Assembly (NCBI RefSeq): GCF_003704095.1
Contig: NW_020845690.1
Coordinates: forward strand, 62,001 to 126,000
From: Pocillopora damicornis
Lineage: Eukaryota
Length of the DNA stretch: 64,000 nt
Direction of reading: 5' to 3'
The position numbers and the translations under genes were made by a program. The notes under the pieces are model-generated. The model worked only from the letters and a program-made list of their open reading frames with translations, ran no database searches and was not told the origin of the DNA. Below are positions 1 through 13,022 of this stretch, piece by piece. How positions within the stretch are numbered: position 1 is the stretch's first letter; the number at the start of each line of letters is the position of its first letter.

Positions 1-3000
1 CAAGTGAGTTCGTTACCGATTTGTGACATTCCTGAGCATGCAGTTGATCGAAAAGATACTTCTACAACTGAATATTTCGCGAAATGATTTGTGTAACAAA
101 TCATCTTGCGAAATACATTGACCAGGTGATGAAAATGAGCATTTTGCTCTGCAAATTTAACTTTGCGATTCTGATAAATCCCTCAAAAGAAATTTGGGGA
201 ACGCGAAAAGGCTGAGCCCCCTTATATTTCCAAAACGGAGTCTAGGTCTTTAATTGCTCCCCTCCTTCCCCCCTCCTGCTTCGCAAAATTTAAGACGCAA
301 GAGCCGTAAACACCAGTTCAATGTTTACATATTTGTATGCCGGTTCCGCTCAACTAAGATTAATATTTAATCGCGTATCCGTCAAGAACATTCAAACTAT
401 TTCTTCATGTATAATTACTCCTCACAATAACTGTCAATCTTGTATCAGTAACAAAACCGTTTGCAACCCGAAAAAAAAAAGATTTTTCACAACTGCCGCA
501 GTGAAATAGTAAGAAAAAGACGAACGGTAAGTAAAAGAAATACAAATGAAACCCCAAATGACGAAAACAACTGTCGTAGAGTCATCGACGCGACTGAAAT
601 CAGCTAATTATGAATTCGCACAAAATGCCCTGCAGCAGTAACTATTGAAACTAACCTAATCGACTGTGTTTTTAATTTAACTGGTGAAACAATTTCAAAT
701 TTAGGCATTTTTGTAAATGGTCTTCGAGACCGTTCTTTAAACCTAATTCTTTAATTTGTTGGATGACATCTTGTCATAACTCCATTAATGTTTAATGTTT
801 AAGTTAACGTTTACAAGTGCACTTGAAGTGCTATCAAGATGTTTTCACTCTGGCGAAGGGCTACTAGTAGAACAACTTAACGGTGACCAATTCACTATAT
901 CATTAACGCCTGTGTTGATTGAACCAAATTATCTACTAAGGGGGTTCTCTGCTTTGACAATTCACAGAACGAAGCAAACTTTTCTTAGTTTTAAATAGAT
1001 TCTATCCATCGCGATAAGCCATTGATGAAATATGCAAAACGCCATGTTTAAGTATCCAAGTGACATTTTTGAACGAGACTGGAGTGTTATCGCGTGCGCA
1101 TTACAGGTCATTTTGTTCCCGTCCAAGAATAATACCCTGCGAGTCTCGCAAAAAAGAAAAAAAAACCAAACAAAGAAAAAAACCATATGCATTATTTTTC
1201 CGCAACTAGCGATGTTTCTTCTTAACAAACGTAAACAGTTCTTTAGCGATAACAAGATTACGAAAAACATTACTTAATTAAACCCTCATTAAACATTCTG
1301 CGTAAGGCGACTGATGCGGTGGTGACGTCCTCAGAGAAATATTTGGCGAGCAGAACGGCTGTTCAGTGCGGAAAAAAATTTAGCAAAACTTAACAAAAAA
1401 GGATGATGCTATCCTTACTTCGCTTGGGTGTTATATGTAACGAGATCACCACTTGAATAAACCTCGAAAAGTCAAGAATTTCGGTAAAACATTTTTGTTT
1501 AGGTTCTGGTTTCCATGGCGATTTGTAAAGAGTCAACAGATGTAAGCCATTTAGCAATGACAGTAGCAAAGTCCACTGAACTGCAAAATACTGATTTGCT
1601 TCGAAAGTTTTCCTCAATATGTTTATACATTATAAGACGTCAAATTAAAATCTTTCGTCGAACAGTAAAATCTAGTTGCCAAGCGAGTGATGATATTTGA
1701 AAATATCGTGATGGGTTTTGAATAAGAAAAATAATGCTTTTCGTTTCTTTAGTTTCAATCAAATGAAATCAAATAGATTGGAAGCAAGTAGAGATCGCGG
1801 ATAGCAGAAATTTGTTTTAGCCCATAAGCTGCCTTTTTCCTGTATTATTTAAGAGCGATCAACGAATAAAAAGTAAACTTAATTAGCAACCACACGGGTA
1901 GAGGTTGCGTTACAGCAGACCCTAGGACTTGATGGATATTGACATGATATGAATATAGAATAGGTTGTAATGAATAATATTCAAAGAACACGAATTTCAA
2001 TTTGACTACGGGTAGAAAATTTCATCCGGAAACAAATAAAATAAAAACATAAGTCCTAATCCCGATTCACATCAGTAAAACTAGATAAACGGGCAAATCG
2101 ACTGTCGTCGGAGAGAACTTGATATTCACCTGTTTGGATAGCTGTTCTCAGTTTCTACTAAATTTTCATCACAAATGAAATTTTCCACTCTCTGGACCCG
2201 ACAACATCGATATAAGAGTTGAAGTGACTTTCCGAAAACAATAGCAGAAAAAGGTTTGTTAAGAAGCCTTTAGCTACAATGTTACACGTCGTTATAAAAT
2301 CATTCCTTTCGATGAGTAGGTGGTTTTATATTACTGCTCAAACAAAAGCATAATGTAGAAACTTGTTACATGTTTACGACGCTGAAAATAAATATACACG
2401 AACAAAATGAACTAAAGATGCTCAGTTACAATCCTGCTACAAGCCACAACGCTCTGGGCAGATCTATATATTTGTTTGCAGCATCGAAAGGTTATTCTGA
2501 CTTCGAGGAGTAATACAAACACACGACAAATATTAAGCGCGGAGATCATCAACGAAACATAACTGTAGCGACCAAGGCGAGGTATATACGTCCCAAAGAC
2601 GCGTGTAAGTCAATGAATCGCTACTAAGAAACTTAAAAAAGCCCCAAAATTACTTAACACCGAGGTAAACCCCAAGCGTTTTTTTTTCAGACAAAAGGCG
2701 TTGCTTAAAGCCGAGCTACGTGACGTTGTTGACAACCAGTATCGCAAATCTCTCACTGATTTTATGAAAGACAAAAATCCAGTTAAACCCGATTTGGAGT
2801 TTTCCTCATTAGCAAGATCGATTAAAGGTACCTGTTAAATTTCCTACCTCAAAAAAATCGCGCAGAAACTCTCCTGAGAGAAAGCACACACCTCTGGATT
2901 CTCAAAGCAGCAATGAGAACAATTGGCCACGCCAAATATGCAAACATTCTAGCCTACTAGAGTTTCAATTTGCACGTGTGACGTCAGGGTAACCTAGGAA

Positions 3001-5707
3001 ACGAAGACATCCATACGTAATATTTCAAGAACACCTAAAAATATGTGGTTTGGGCACAGGGAGACCACTCAATCTGTACGTGGTTAATAATTATTGACGT
3101 GAGATAAACAAAATCTACGAGAGTTATGAATAAAGCTCTGAACATTGCATATCAAAATTATATCTCGGTCTGAATATCTCAATAAAGTTAAATGAAATGT
3201 TAATCAACTCATTTTTTTTTTCGCCTTCAAGGGCCATTTGAAGTGTCTTTCTACGAAATTACTTTTAGCTGGAGGCCCTTAAGAGTAAACAGGGCAACAA
3301 AGCTTGCAACTTGGTGGCCGCCAGCCGCGACCTTCTCCACTTCAAAGTGGAGTTAACGCCAAACTACTGAAAATCTCTCCTAAATGCGACAGTTTTTGAT
3401 CAATGAGGCGTTGCTTTATCTCTTGGCCAGGTTTGAGCTTTATCCCTCCAACATTTTCCGAGCAAATCAATGCTGAAATGATGAGAATAACTTTCATAAT
3501 CCGATCGGTGCCAAACTCAAATTACAGTGCAGCAACTTCCACTGAGTGGCTGCCCACTGCGGTTCAAAACCAAGGGTTTCAGCATAAGAGAAGGACCTTT
3601 CTCATATACGTAGTAAACCTAGAAATGGATAACTCGCTAAAATGGGTTTTTTTCAACACAGTAAGCGGTAAGACAAGAAGCGATGCACTGTGGAAGTAAG
3701 GTGAAGTATTTTTATAGAGAATTTCACTATATTTTTTAAATTCCTAAGAGCGGTCGAGAACATTCCCATACAAGCTCTTATAATTGTACCGTGACTCTTA
3801 TATGTAAACTGTGTTAGTCACATATTAATATTCCCGACTCTTATTTCGCAAGATGATCATCTCACAACTGGAGCTCAGACCGCCTGGGGGCCACGTCAAC
3901 AATTGTTAACCACGAACACATAGTGTGGTCTGCTTGTGGTTTGCTCGTGGTTTGAGGACAAAAGATTCCCTCGAAATCGTTTTTAAAAAACCCTAAAATC
4001 CGATATGGTGAGGCTAATTTGCTTCTTTGTCGTATCCTCTATATCTGCTATTACCTTTCTATCGTACTGCTCTTAGTTTACACGCGAAATCGATCAACAT
4101 CCGAAGAGGAATTTTTATTATCCTTGCATTAAACAAACTTGTTTACATATCTTTCAATACAAGATTAGCAATAAATAATTTCTCATCTTTTTGTTTTCCA
4201 TTTTCCTTGTGTAATTTCCGTTTCTGTGAATACAGTTTGAAGCATATTAGCCACGGTGTACATGTTTCAATCAAGACGTGAACGATACACATTTTTTTCC
4301 TTTCAGGTGGCAATATCCACAATGACATAAATAAGGCTTTGTTGACATTAGTACGTGACCATAAAAACAGCCCGAAGGAAATTGCAATCACGAATGATTG
4401 AGTTGCCATTAATCGGATCCTTGAGTTCTTGTACTTGATCTTGACATGAACAGTGCCAGTATCATTTATCATTTTCAATCCAATTCAATTCAATGAATTA
4501 CTAACAGGAAAAAAGAGTCTCCTGTCTGACTGGCTTGTCAAAATTGGGCGACGAGCGATCAACGTCTTCGCTCTGCTGCTCAAAGGTTCTAAAAATAGTT
4601 AACTTTATCTAAGAATTAGAAATATTGTATTCTTCTATCTCGGTGCTATATCAACAGCAAAGCATAATGATTATATTGGTGTACACCAACATACTATGTG
4701 TATAATAGTCTGTTATAATGTGCAGTATTCGTGCATTTTATGCCGTGTGATACAATGAACAGGAACACGTTCTACAGTATTCCCTTTCAAGATAAATTCC
4801 ATCCCACCCACGCACGGCGTCGCCGCGCTGCAACGTCACGTTATTTACTTTGAGTTGTTTTTTTTTGTGTATCGTTGAGGAATACTGTTAATTTTGAAGA
4901 AACTCGTTCAGTAACAATTTGACTGAGTAGACGAACACAAAAGAGATAGGACAAAACTACGTGGGGAACCAGGATACTACGGATCAAGAAAGATTAACGC
5001 AATTGCTCCTGCAGCCCCATTGAAATAGTCACGCAATGCGAACGTTCAAGCATTTCACTTTCTTAGTATCGAAAGAGTTGTGTCATATTTATTCAGTTGG
5101 TCAAAAGATCGCCCGGCTATAGTTAATTGCGACAGGAAACCCATACGAAACAAAAGTAAAATATTTAGGTCCGTTCCTTCAATTAATTGCTTGCGCATTC
5201 GAGCGGTTTATCAGCATAAAAATAACTCACCTCGGACTTACTGAGGCGACTTACACTCAAAAAGCAAACGTGTCTCGTATTCTCACCATCTATCCATAAC
5301 CATCCTTGCACCCATTGGTTTAATTTGGGCCCTAGAATGTTTTACCCTCACTTTTGTCAAATATTTTTCAGTTTTATTGAAATTTAGGGTAGTTTCACGT
5401 GGTCCAAAAGAAAAGAAAAAAAAAACAAGAAACAAGAAAAAGAAGGTAGAAAAATTTCGGCACTTGGCTTCTGCCGAAGCCTCAAACCGCACCATGCTGA
5501 ATATCGTTGTACGAGAGTGTTCACGCTCGCAGGCTTTTAATAAGTGCAAATAAGGTATTTGAAAAATTTATCCGAGTCAAGGGCTCTAGTCCTTGTTCAG
5601 TTTTAAAGCTGCACAACTTATGAGGTAGTTCCTTTACTTCAAAGCTTACTACTGACGTAGGTTACTTAAAAACTTTCGTAAGCAGTAAGCTGCGATCACG
5701 TCTTACT

Positions 5708-5959
5708 GAATTTCACGATACTCTCAAGGATTAAAAGTTACGGTGGAATCGTGACAGAGGAAGCGAAATAAAGGATGGCATTTTTTCCCGTTAGTACGTG
5801 GGAGGGAACATCGATGCGTAACAGAAGCCCGCAGAATTTCATGATACTCTCAAGGATTAAAAGTTACGGTGGAATCGTTACAGAGGAAGCGAAATAAAGG
5901 ATGGCATTTTTTCCCGTTAGTACGTGGGAGGGAACATCGATGCGTAACAGAAGCCCGCA
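5708..5959. repeat. Tandem duplication, 2 x 126 bp
   Basis: 5708-5833 and 5834-5959 differ at only 2 positions. Confidence 0.95.
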
Positions 5960-6344
5960 GAAAACCAGCCAAAATTTTCATCCAAACCGGAAAACCACCG
6001 ACATAAGGGTGTCTAAGAATTTAACCAGAAAATAAGAACGACGAGCTAAGTTTCCCTTCGAACCGCAATATCGACTTAAAAATTGCTAAGAACTGAAAAA
6101 TAACAGCCAAAAGTGACGATCAAGCCCAACTTGAGATGATAATAATAGATTTGACCCAAACAAAGAAATGAAAGCAAGATCGCGGGATACTTTTGTAGTA
6201 CGCTACTTTTTGGTGCATACATTAATAATTCATGCCTCATGTTGCATCTGTACTGATCTCTTCTATTTTAGACATTTTATTAGTTTCAGGATTAAAGACA
6301 CCATTGGTCCGTGAATTGCCAGCTTCGCAAATTTAAAACCGGTA

Positions 6345-9300
6345 CTATCTATCATTCAAATGAAAAAGTTCGGTCCTTCTGGTTATTTCCAGCGTATCAT
6401 CGCCAACGGGAGAGTCGACACTGTGATCATTTCCTGGCAAGTTTCCCTTGCCAAAACAATCCCCGAAATGTTTATCTTCAGCAGAACTAATACCGCACGA
6501 CGCACCTTCAGTTCCGTCTCTTTCTAGTAATTGTCGATCTTCTGTTTCTTCTTGTCCGTTTTCTTTTCTAACAATACCAAAATTCAGTTCAGCCTTTTCA
6601 TCTTCATCACTTTCGTGTCCATTCTCGATATCATCATCCGTTGCATCATCCGTATCCATATCGTCATCGTCAACGTCAACATCATCACCATCGTCGCTGT
6701 TACTGTTACTTGACTCATTTTCACTGTGAAGAAACGATTCATTGAATTTATCTCAAGGAATGCCGCTTCTGCTTGCAAAGCTAAATGATACGAGACACAT
6801 TTACGCATCTTGAAACTTAAGCCAACAAACCTCAAAATGGGCCGATTTGGGTTAAAATGTTCCTTGGTCATATCAATGTCCATCAAATCTGGAAATGAAA
6901 TGAGAAATACATTTGATGATAGATTATTTCTGCGGCAATGAATTAGACCTTTATTACAGCATTAAAAAATAACATTCCCTTGGTTTAGGCCACCTTAATT
7001 GCTGAGGGCATTTTTTTGACTTCAATATTTCTGTTTTACCCCTTTCTTAAATTTGGTAACCATCTTGTATTTGTGTTTAATGTCTCCTAACAGTAACACT
7101 ACGGAATCGTTCATTAAGATCATTAGATCATTAGGAAATGATTTCCAATCTGTCATTGTTAAACAAGTTCTCCTCATCACTACCAAAGGAAATGTATAGA
7201 AGGAGTATAGAGAACATAGATCCTGATGTTAAGGTGTTTTCATTAACAAAGGGAACATATCTTGATACTCCACCAAATTCTATGGCTGAAACATTCACCA
7301 CTGTTTTAGAAATGAGTACCCACTCCTCCCCTGAAGGTGAGGAGATGGGGAAAATTGAGCTCACCTAGTTCTCAGAAACAGCAAAGAAGGGAATGAATGA
7401 CAGAGTACAGGAGGAACAAGGCAATGACAGTTTTATTGACCCTTTAACTCCCAGATCCAATTTTGTAATTCTCCTAACTGTCAACCATACAATTCTTATC
7501 ATGTTAGTTCAGAGAATTTAGTATTGGATCAACCACTTATCTGGTTGATATTGTATAGATATTGTAATGAGAAATTCTTTCTTGGTCACTCATGGGAGTT
7601 AAATGGAAAGTAAATAGTAACAGAAAAACCTTAAAACAAACAAAATATATGCAAAGGTAAGTTTTAAACAAGTAAAAACCTTGTGATGACTGAGCATTTT
7701 GTTCTTCATCCATTTCTTCCAGCCATTTATCCTGAGCTTTCACAACATCTTTGCTGGATGAACAAGTAGCATAGCGGTCTAGCAGAGTCCTAACAAGTAC
7801 ACAACGATAGATTATCATCATTTACATCTTATCAAATTTCAAGAGCAAGCTTGATGAATCCAAACCTTATCACTTACAGCCATGTTTATCAAAAGGGGGT
7901 AAGTCTCTAAAGAAACTGTGGTGCTGCATCAGTTTTGAGCCCTTCGTCAGAAAACAGAGAACGGTTTGATAAATGAGAACATCATTAGCTTTCAGATGTA
8001 GAGAAAGAAAAAGCACACAAGAAACCTTATGAAGTGTTGTTGAATCTATAAACACAATTGAGCTTCTTCGTGGAAGTCAATCTGGTATAATCAACAATTA
8101 TTCNNNNNNNNNNNNNNNNNNNNNNNNNNNNNNNNNNNNNNNNNNNNNNNNNNNNNNNNNNNNNNNNNNNNNNNNNNNNNNNNNNNNNNNNNNNNNNNNN
8201 NNNACATACATGTTTTCAGTCAAGAGTGTAACACTGGAAATAAATTTGCAAAAGGAGAATCTTGTCACAGTTTTCCTAGGGCTTCCCAAAGCCTGTTACT
8301 AATTATCACTTTCCAGTTTTCCTGAGAAATAAAAATCTAAACTTTCAAAATTTTTAATATTTAGTTCTGAAGATATCCTGAGCACCTCGGCTCTATAGGC
8401 CTTTATCAACACCAAAATTGCTACACCAATAAAAAATATTGTCAAATGACTGCATGTACTTTACCTATTCAATGTATAGAATGACGTCCCCCACTTAAAA
8501 CGCTTCAACAGTGTAGAACCAAGATCTCGTTGCCCTTTAGTAATAATAAAAACAAAGGAATGTGTTTAAATTTACCCTTTCCCTTCTTCAAAATAACACT
8601 CAAGTCCTAAATTTGACTTGCAATAGAATCAGTAAAATCACACTAGCTAGAAAAATGAGAAACAGTCTTGGAAATTCCAGTAAGTTGATAGCAGACTACT
8701 TATCTGAGTGCATCATTGAGGAAAGAGCTTTATTTTACCTTTGAACCCTAACAGTGACTAATTTCTCATTACAATGCAACCACTGGATCACACAAGGGGG
8801 TTCTTGATCACATTTCATGTACAAATATTAGACAAATTCATGCATCATGTACATCAAAGAGAAAACTTCAAACTTCTCTCCTTGTGTGCATGATTTCGAA
8901 GAAATATTACAGCTTTCACAAAATGATAAAAGAAATTCACAGGTCCCATATATTTCCTGTGGCAAATCATGCCTCACACTGGTTCAAAAAATTCACTAAT
9001 GACCCTTCGCTTTCTGTAATATTTACATGATACATATCAATTTTAGCCTTTATGATGCCTCATGCATAAACCCTTTCCCTGCCTCTCATAAAGGTTTCAA
9101 GAAGAAAGAAAACGAAAACCAAATTCTTGACTGTATAATTAATTCTCCCTGTTAGCACCTTAGTTCATTTACTTACTGTAGTTATTCGGTTATAAGGCGC
9201 ACCATTTTTCAAGAAATTCCTAATTTCCACTAAAAATTACCACCAAAGTTTGGGTGCGTCTTATAGGTGAATATTTTCCCAAACAATTTTTTTTATCACA

Positions 9301-12300
9301 GTTACTGGTACAATTTCAAGCAAATAAAAGGACACACAGTGTTGGTCATTGACTATATTATTATTATTTTTATATTTTTGCTTTTGTTTAATCAAGGCTT
9401 TTGTTTGTGTGCATGGTCGCGTGTGCGACAATTCTGCTTTTGTTAATTAATGGTAAACTAAAATCAATATGCGACTTTTTCGTAAGTTTATGAAAGAATT
9501 TACAATAAACTTGAACAATCTTTACTCCCCAAACAACGGTACACCGTATTTCAGCAATATTCAGTTTGAAAACATGCAATGAAGTTGCTGAATTGGGGGT
9601 GCGTCTTATAGTCAAGTGCACCTTATAACCGAATAACTATGGTAGGTCTATTGAGCCTTTAAATCCCATAATGACACTTCTCCCTGTAATATCCTTATAT
9701 TATCCAGCAAACAGGTAAGGAGAATACTCAAACCTATCACTTAGAAGTTGCTACCTTGACAAGGAAATGTGTAGCAGCAAGAGGGAAGAATTAACAATCA
9801 AATCTCAGGAGTTCAAGGGTTAAGTAAGGAAGGTTCTGCTTTATCATCAAGTTGCATGATCTTTGCACAATTAGAGCTACAAAGACAATGTCCAGAGGGA
9901 CTATGTACTTTAGAATTCAACTTGATAAAGCTCAGCTTTTCAGAGAGATGATTATATATAGGAAAAAACTTCAAACTCCTTTGGCACATATTAGAAGCTA
10001 GTTAGGGCACACTGAAGACAAAACTTGTGTGCAAGGATGAATTTTGTGTCGCATCATGTGGATGGTAGGAGCTAACCTTACCTTGCGAACTGTAATACCA
10101 TGACATTTCAACCCTTTGAACCCTCATATCAGTATGCATATTCTCCATACTGTTCTCTGTATCTCTCCTAAGGTGTTGACAAGGAGAATGTGCTTAACAG
10201 TCAAGAGACTCTCTATTTCATTTTCATTATTGTTGTGACCTCAATGTGTGATTCAGGGGTGATCTTGAAAAAAGAAATTGGATGCCAGTCACTCTTGGGG
10301 GTTTAAAGAGTTAACTGGAAAGTTAACCCTTTAACCCCCAGATCAAATTTGTAATTCTCTTTACTGTTCACCAATACATTTCTTCTAATGTTGGTTCAGG
10401 GAATTAAGTGTTGGATCAACTTTTTATCCCCAAATTGATATTTTTCTTTATTCTTATCACTTATCTGGTCGATATTGTATTGATATTGTAAGGAGAAATT
10501 CTGTCTTGATCACTCATGGGAGTTAAAGGGTTAATGAAGCAAGGAGCACAAAAGTGCGATAGTTTTAATAAGACTTACTTTGATTTGATTGAAACAATTT
10601 TTTTCATTTTTAGGCATAGAGGTCCCTAGGATGACCTTTTAGACATTTAACCTGTGCACTTGTTACCTTGAGGACAGCAAGGCTTTTCAGTTTTTAACAG
10701 GCTGTTGTCACCTTCTATAAATATACATCTTAGAATGGACAGTGCTTCCTTAACCCTTTAACTCCCATGAGTGACCAAGACAGCATTTCTCCTTACAATA
10801 TCAATACCATATCAACCAGATAAGTGATGAGAATCAAGAAAAATATCAATTTGGGGATAATAAGTTGATCCAATACTAAATTCTCTGATCTAACATAATC
10901 AAAATTGTATGGTTGACAGTAAGGAGGGTGACAAATTTGATCTGTGAGTTAAAGGGTTAATGTCATTCATCCTTGCCTACTGCTCTCTTTTCTGCCATGT
11001 CAAATGGGGTTTTTAGTCATTATTGCATCACAGCTGTGCATTAGGTTCACCACATGCAGTTCAATGGTTACAATTTTATCTCCTTTCACCATCCTAAATA
11101 CCTAAACACTCTCACTTAAGAACTGTGAATAGCGCTGTTTATAAAAAGTATTTATCACTTACCAATGATGTACAACGTGGCAGCAAATGCTTCTACACAA
11201 GACAATTTACAGGGCTTTCCATAGTTGATAGGGTTTGCAGCAATTAAATATGGTAACAGGCGCATGTGACCTCCTCTCATCCTTCCAAATGGTGTGCTCT
11301 CCAATTTGGCCCACGAGCAGTCAATAACAGCTATTCCATGATCCATAACAAGGGTGTGGTCCTGAGGTGAAACACACTGCTTCCCCAAGGGACTTAAAAT
11401 CAGACCATTGAACCTTTGGGAAATTTTAAGTGTTTTCACAAAGCCAAGTCTTGAAAGCTTTCTTCCTGAACACTTCTTTGGATCACAGTGCTCCAAATCC
11501 TAAAATATGATGACTTAGTTATCTTCGATATACAGAACTGGTGAAATGTGGGTTGGCTATCCACTAAAAATTCATAAGACTTGACTTATCAACAATGTTT
11601 GAGACGCATTTCAACCCAATCTGTTCTCTGGCAGTGTCTAAAATCATGAAACATTAAAATCAGCTCTGGTTTCTCATTGGCTTAGCCAGTCACTCATGAC
11701 AGTCTTTTTAAGTGTTACCCTCACCCAGACCATCAAACTACATTTAACTGACTGCCACTCAAAAGTTCAAATAATTTATTCAATTACCTAACTCTACTTG
11801 CTTACCCACATGGCCAAAGGAAAAGGAAATCCTCTGCCATAATCCTTTTTCTTACCATCATCTGAAAGAAAAATCAACAAAAAAAAACCTATACCATACA
11901 ATTTATGCACAAATCTTGTGGCTTTGATGGACAATCACCAGAAAGTAACAGATACATAAGTCTCAGAATTGGTCCTTATTGTTTATTGAAAATTTTGGGA
12001 CGAATAAGCTCTAAGCTAACAAAAGAATTTATCAGTTTAAAAAACTCTGCAAAATGATTAATTTTGATCAAGCGTTAAAGGCAAGTTTGGTCAATGTCAC
12101 CCTAAGGAAGGTCACTAAGCTTGTGTTTGACCCTTCCACTCTCAAGAGTGATCAACAAGAAATATCTCTCTGTTATCTCAATACATTTTCAAGAAAAAAA
12201 CATGGAAGAAAGAAAAATATCAATCAGTTCATTCTGTTTGATTTAACAATAACTTCTCTGAGCTAACACTGTCAGAAATGTATGGGAAATAGTATGGAGA

Positions 12301-13022
12301 ATTGAAATTTTGATCTTACAAGTGAGAGAGCTGATTTTTAGGCAGATAATACTACAATTAAGGTGCTGACCAAGGTGTATAATGTCAATGTCACTGTCAC
12401 AGTGGTAACATAGCAAGTTACCATAGAAACATCATGCTGGTGACCAGCATGATGTTTCTATGAAAAGTGATTGAATTGTTTTGATTGGGAATGCAAATGA
12501 TTATCACCGATACCCATGAATACCTCTTTAATACCAAATCCCATTGAATCATGTTGAAAATCATTTCAAAAACTTGTTCCCTGCTCTTCAGAGCAAGCAG
12601 ACAAGATGCATCTCGCTGAATCTGTATCCTGTAGTTTATGCCACATAATCAACAATAGAAGCATCTATGAGAACCATCGTCTCTTTAACCCCTCGTAGCG
12701 ACAAGCATCTAATTTCTCCTATGATGTCACCCCTGAGGTACACAGTAAGGTTACGAGAATAAGGGAAATGATCACCGACTAAAGGAGCTCTTGACTATTC
12801 AACAAATTCCTTTTCCAGTACCTTAGGAAATGAATAAAGAACAGCATGGAGAATATGCATTCTGATGTTAGGGGGGAAAGGGTACGCTAAACATTTACCG
12901 CGTGTATTTATCTCGTCTCCATCAAAGTCTTCTGTGCCATTCCAAGCAGCTTCAAACCTTGAACTCTTACTAAGTTTATGTCGAGGCGGAGCCACTTTAG
13001 CTTTCCCTTTATGTTTTCCCAT
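6345..13022 (-). CDS. TSR3: 18S rRNA aminocarboxypropyltransferase Tsr3, 7 exons
   Basis: Exons 12899-13022, 11806-11861, 11163-11499, 8465-8534, 7680-7789, 6831-6888 and 6345-6723 join in frame with GT-AG ends. The protein contains [55 protein letters not shown] and FKWG, with an acidic C-terminal tail. Confidence 0.95.
7889..7951 (-). mobile_element. Internally deleted copy of the hammerhead-bearing repeat (TSR3 intron)
   Basis: Minus strand CTGACGAAGGGCTC is joined almost directly to GATGCAGCACCACAGTTTCTTTAGAGACTTACCCCCTTT, matching 58142-58180. Confidence 0.65.
9176..9642. mobile_element. Tc1/mariner (pogo/Tigger-like) MITE, ~467 bp
   Basis: TA|CTGTAGTTATTCGGTTATAAGGCGCAC...GTGCACCTTATAACCGAATAACTATGG|TA: 27-bp TIRs with 3 mismatches, TA flanks, and a repeated internal GGGTGCGTCTTATAG. 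Confidence 0.85.
10108..10314. mobile_element. piggyBac-like MITE, family B
   Basis: CCCTTT..ATCAGTATGCATATTCTCCATACTGTTCTC..AAAGAG|TTAA. Related copies at ~12685-12885, 15867-16001, 26075-26284, 28390-28608, 29936-30148, 39533-39735, 47657-47838, 48169-48289, 49235-49430, 50944-51141, 53756-53930, 58787-58997 and 60890-61070. Confidence 0.8.
10323..10534. mobile_element. piggyBac-like MITE, family A
   Basis: TTAA|CCCTTTAACCCCC...GGGAGTTAAAGGG|TTAA, ~210 bp. Related copies at ~7436-7605, 10750-10960, 28068-28264, 52671-52861 and 53262-53469. Confidence 0.85.
10750..10960. mobile_element. piggyBac-like MITE, family A, inverted relative to 10323-10534
   Basis: TTAA flanks and CCCTTTAACTC TIRs; the interior is the reverse complement of the neighbouring copy. 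Confidence 0.85.
12422..12462. repeat. Perfect palindrome, 20-bp arms with a 1-nt spacer
   Basis: CATAGAAACATCATGCTGGT-G-ACCAGCATGATGTTTCTATG in TSR3 intron 1. Confidence 0.95.

Noticed and set aside
3908-3953. Hairpin AACCACGA..TCGTGGTT as a pre-miRNA
   Set aside because: The stem is too short and imperfect.
6448-6729. Ser-rich + strand ORFs
   Set aside because: Antisense shadow of the acidic TSR3 exon.
7131-7368. Overlapping 76-77 aa ORFs
   Set aside because: They overlap a family B MITE fragment in a TSR3 intron.
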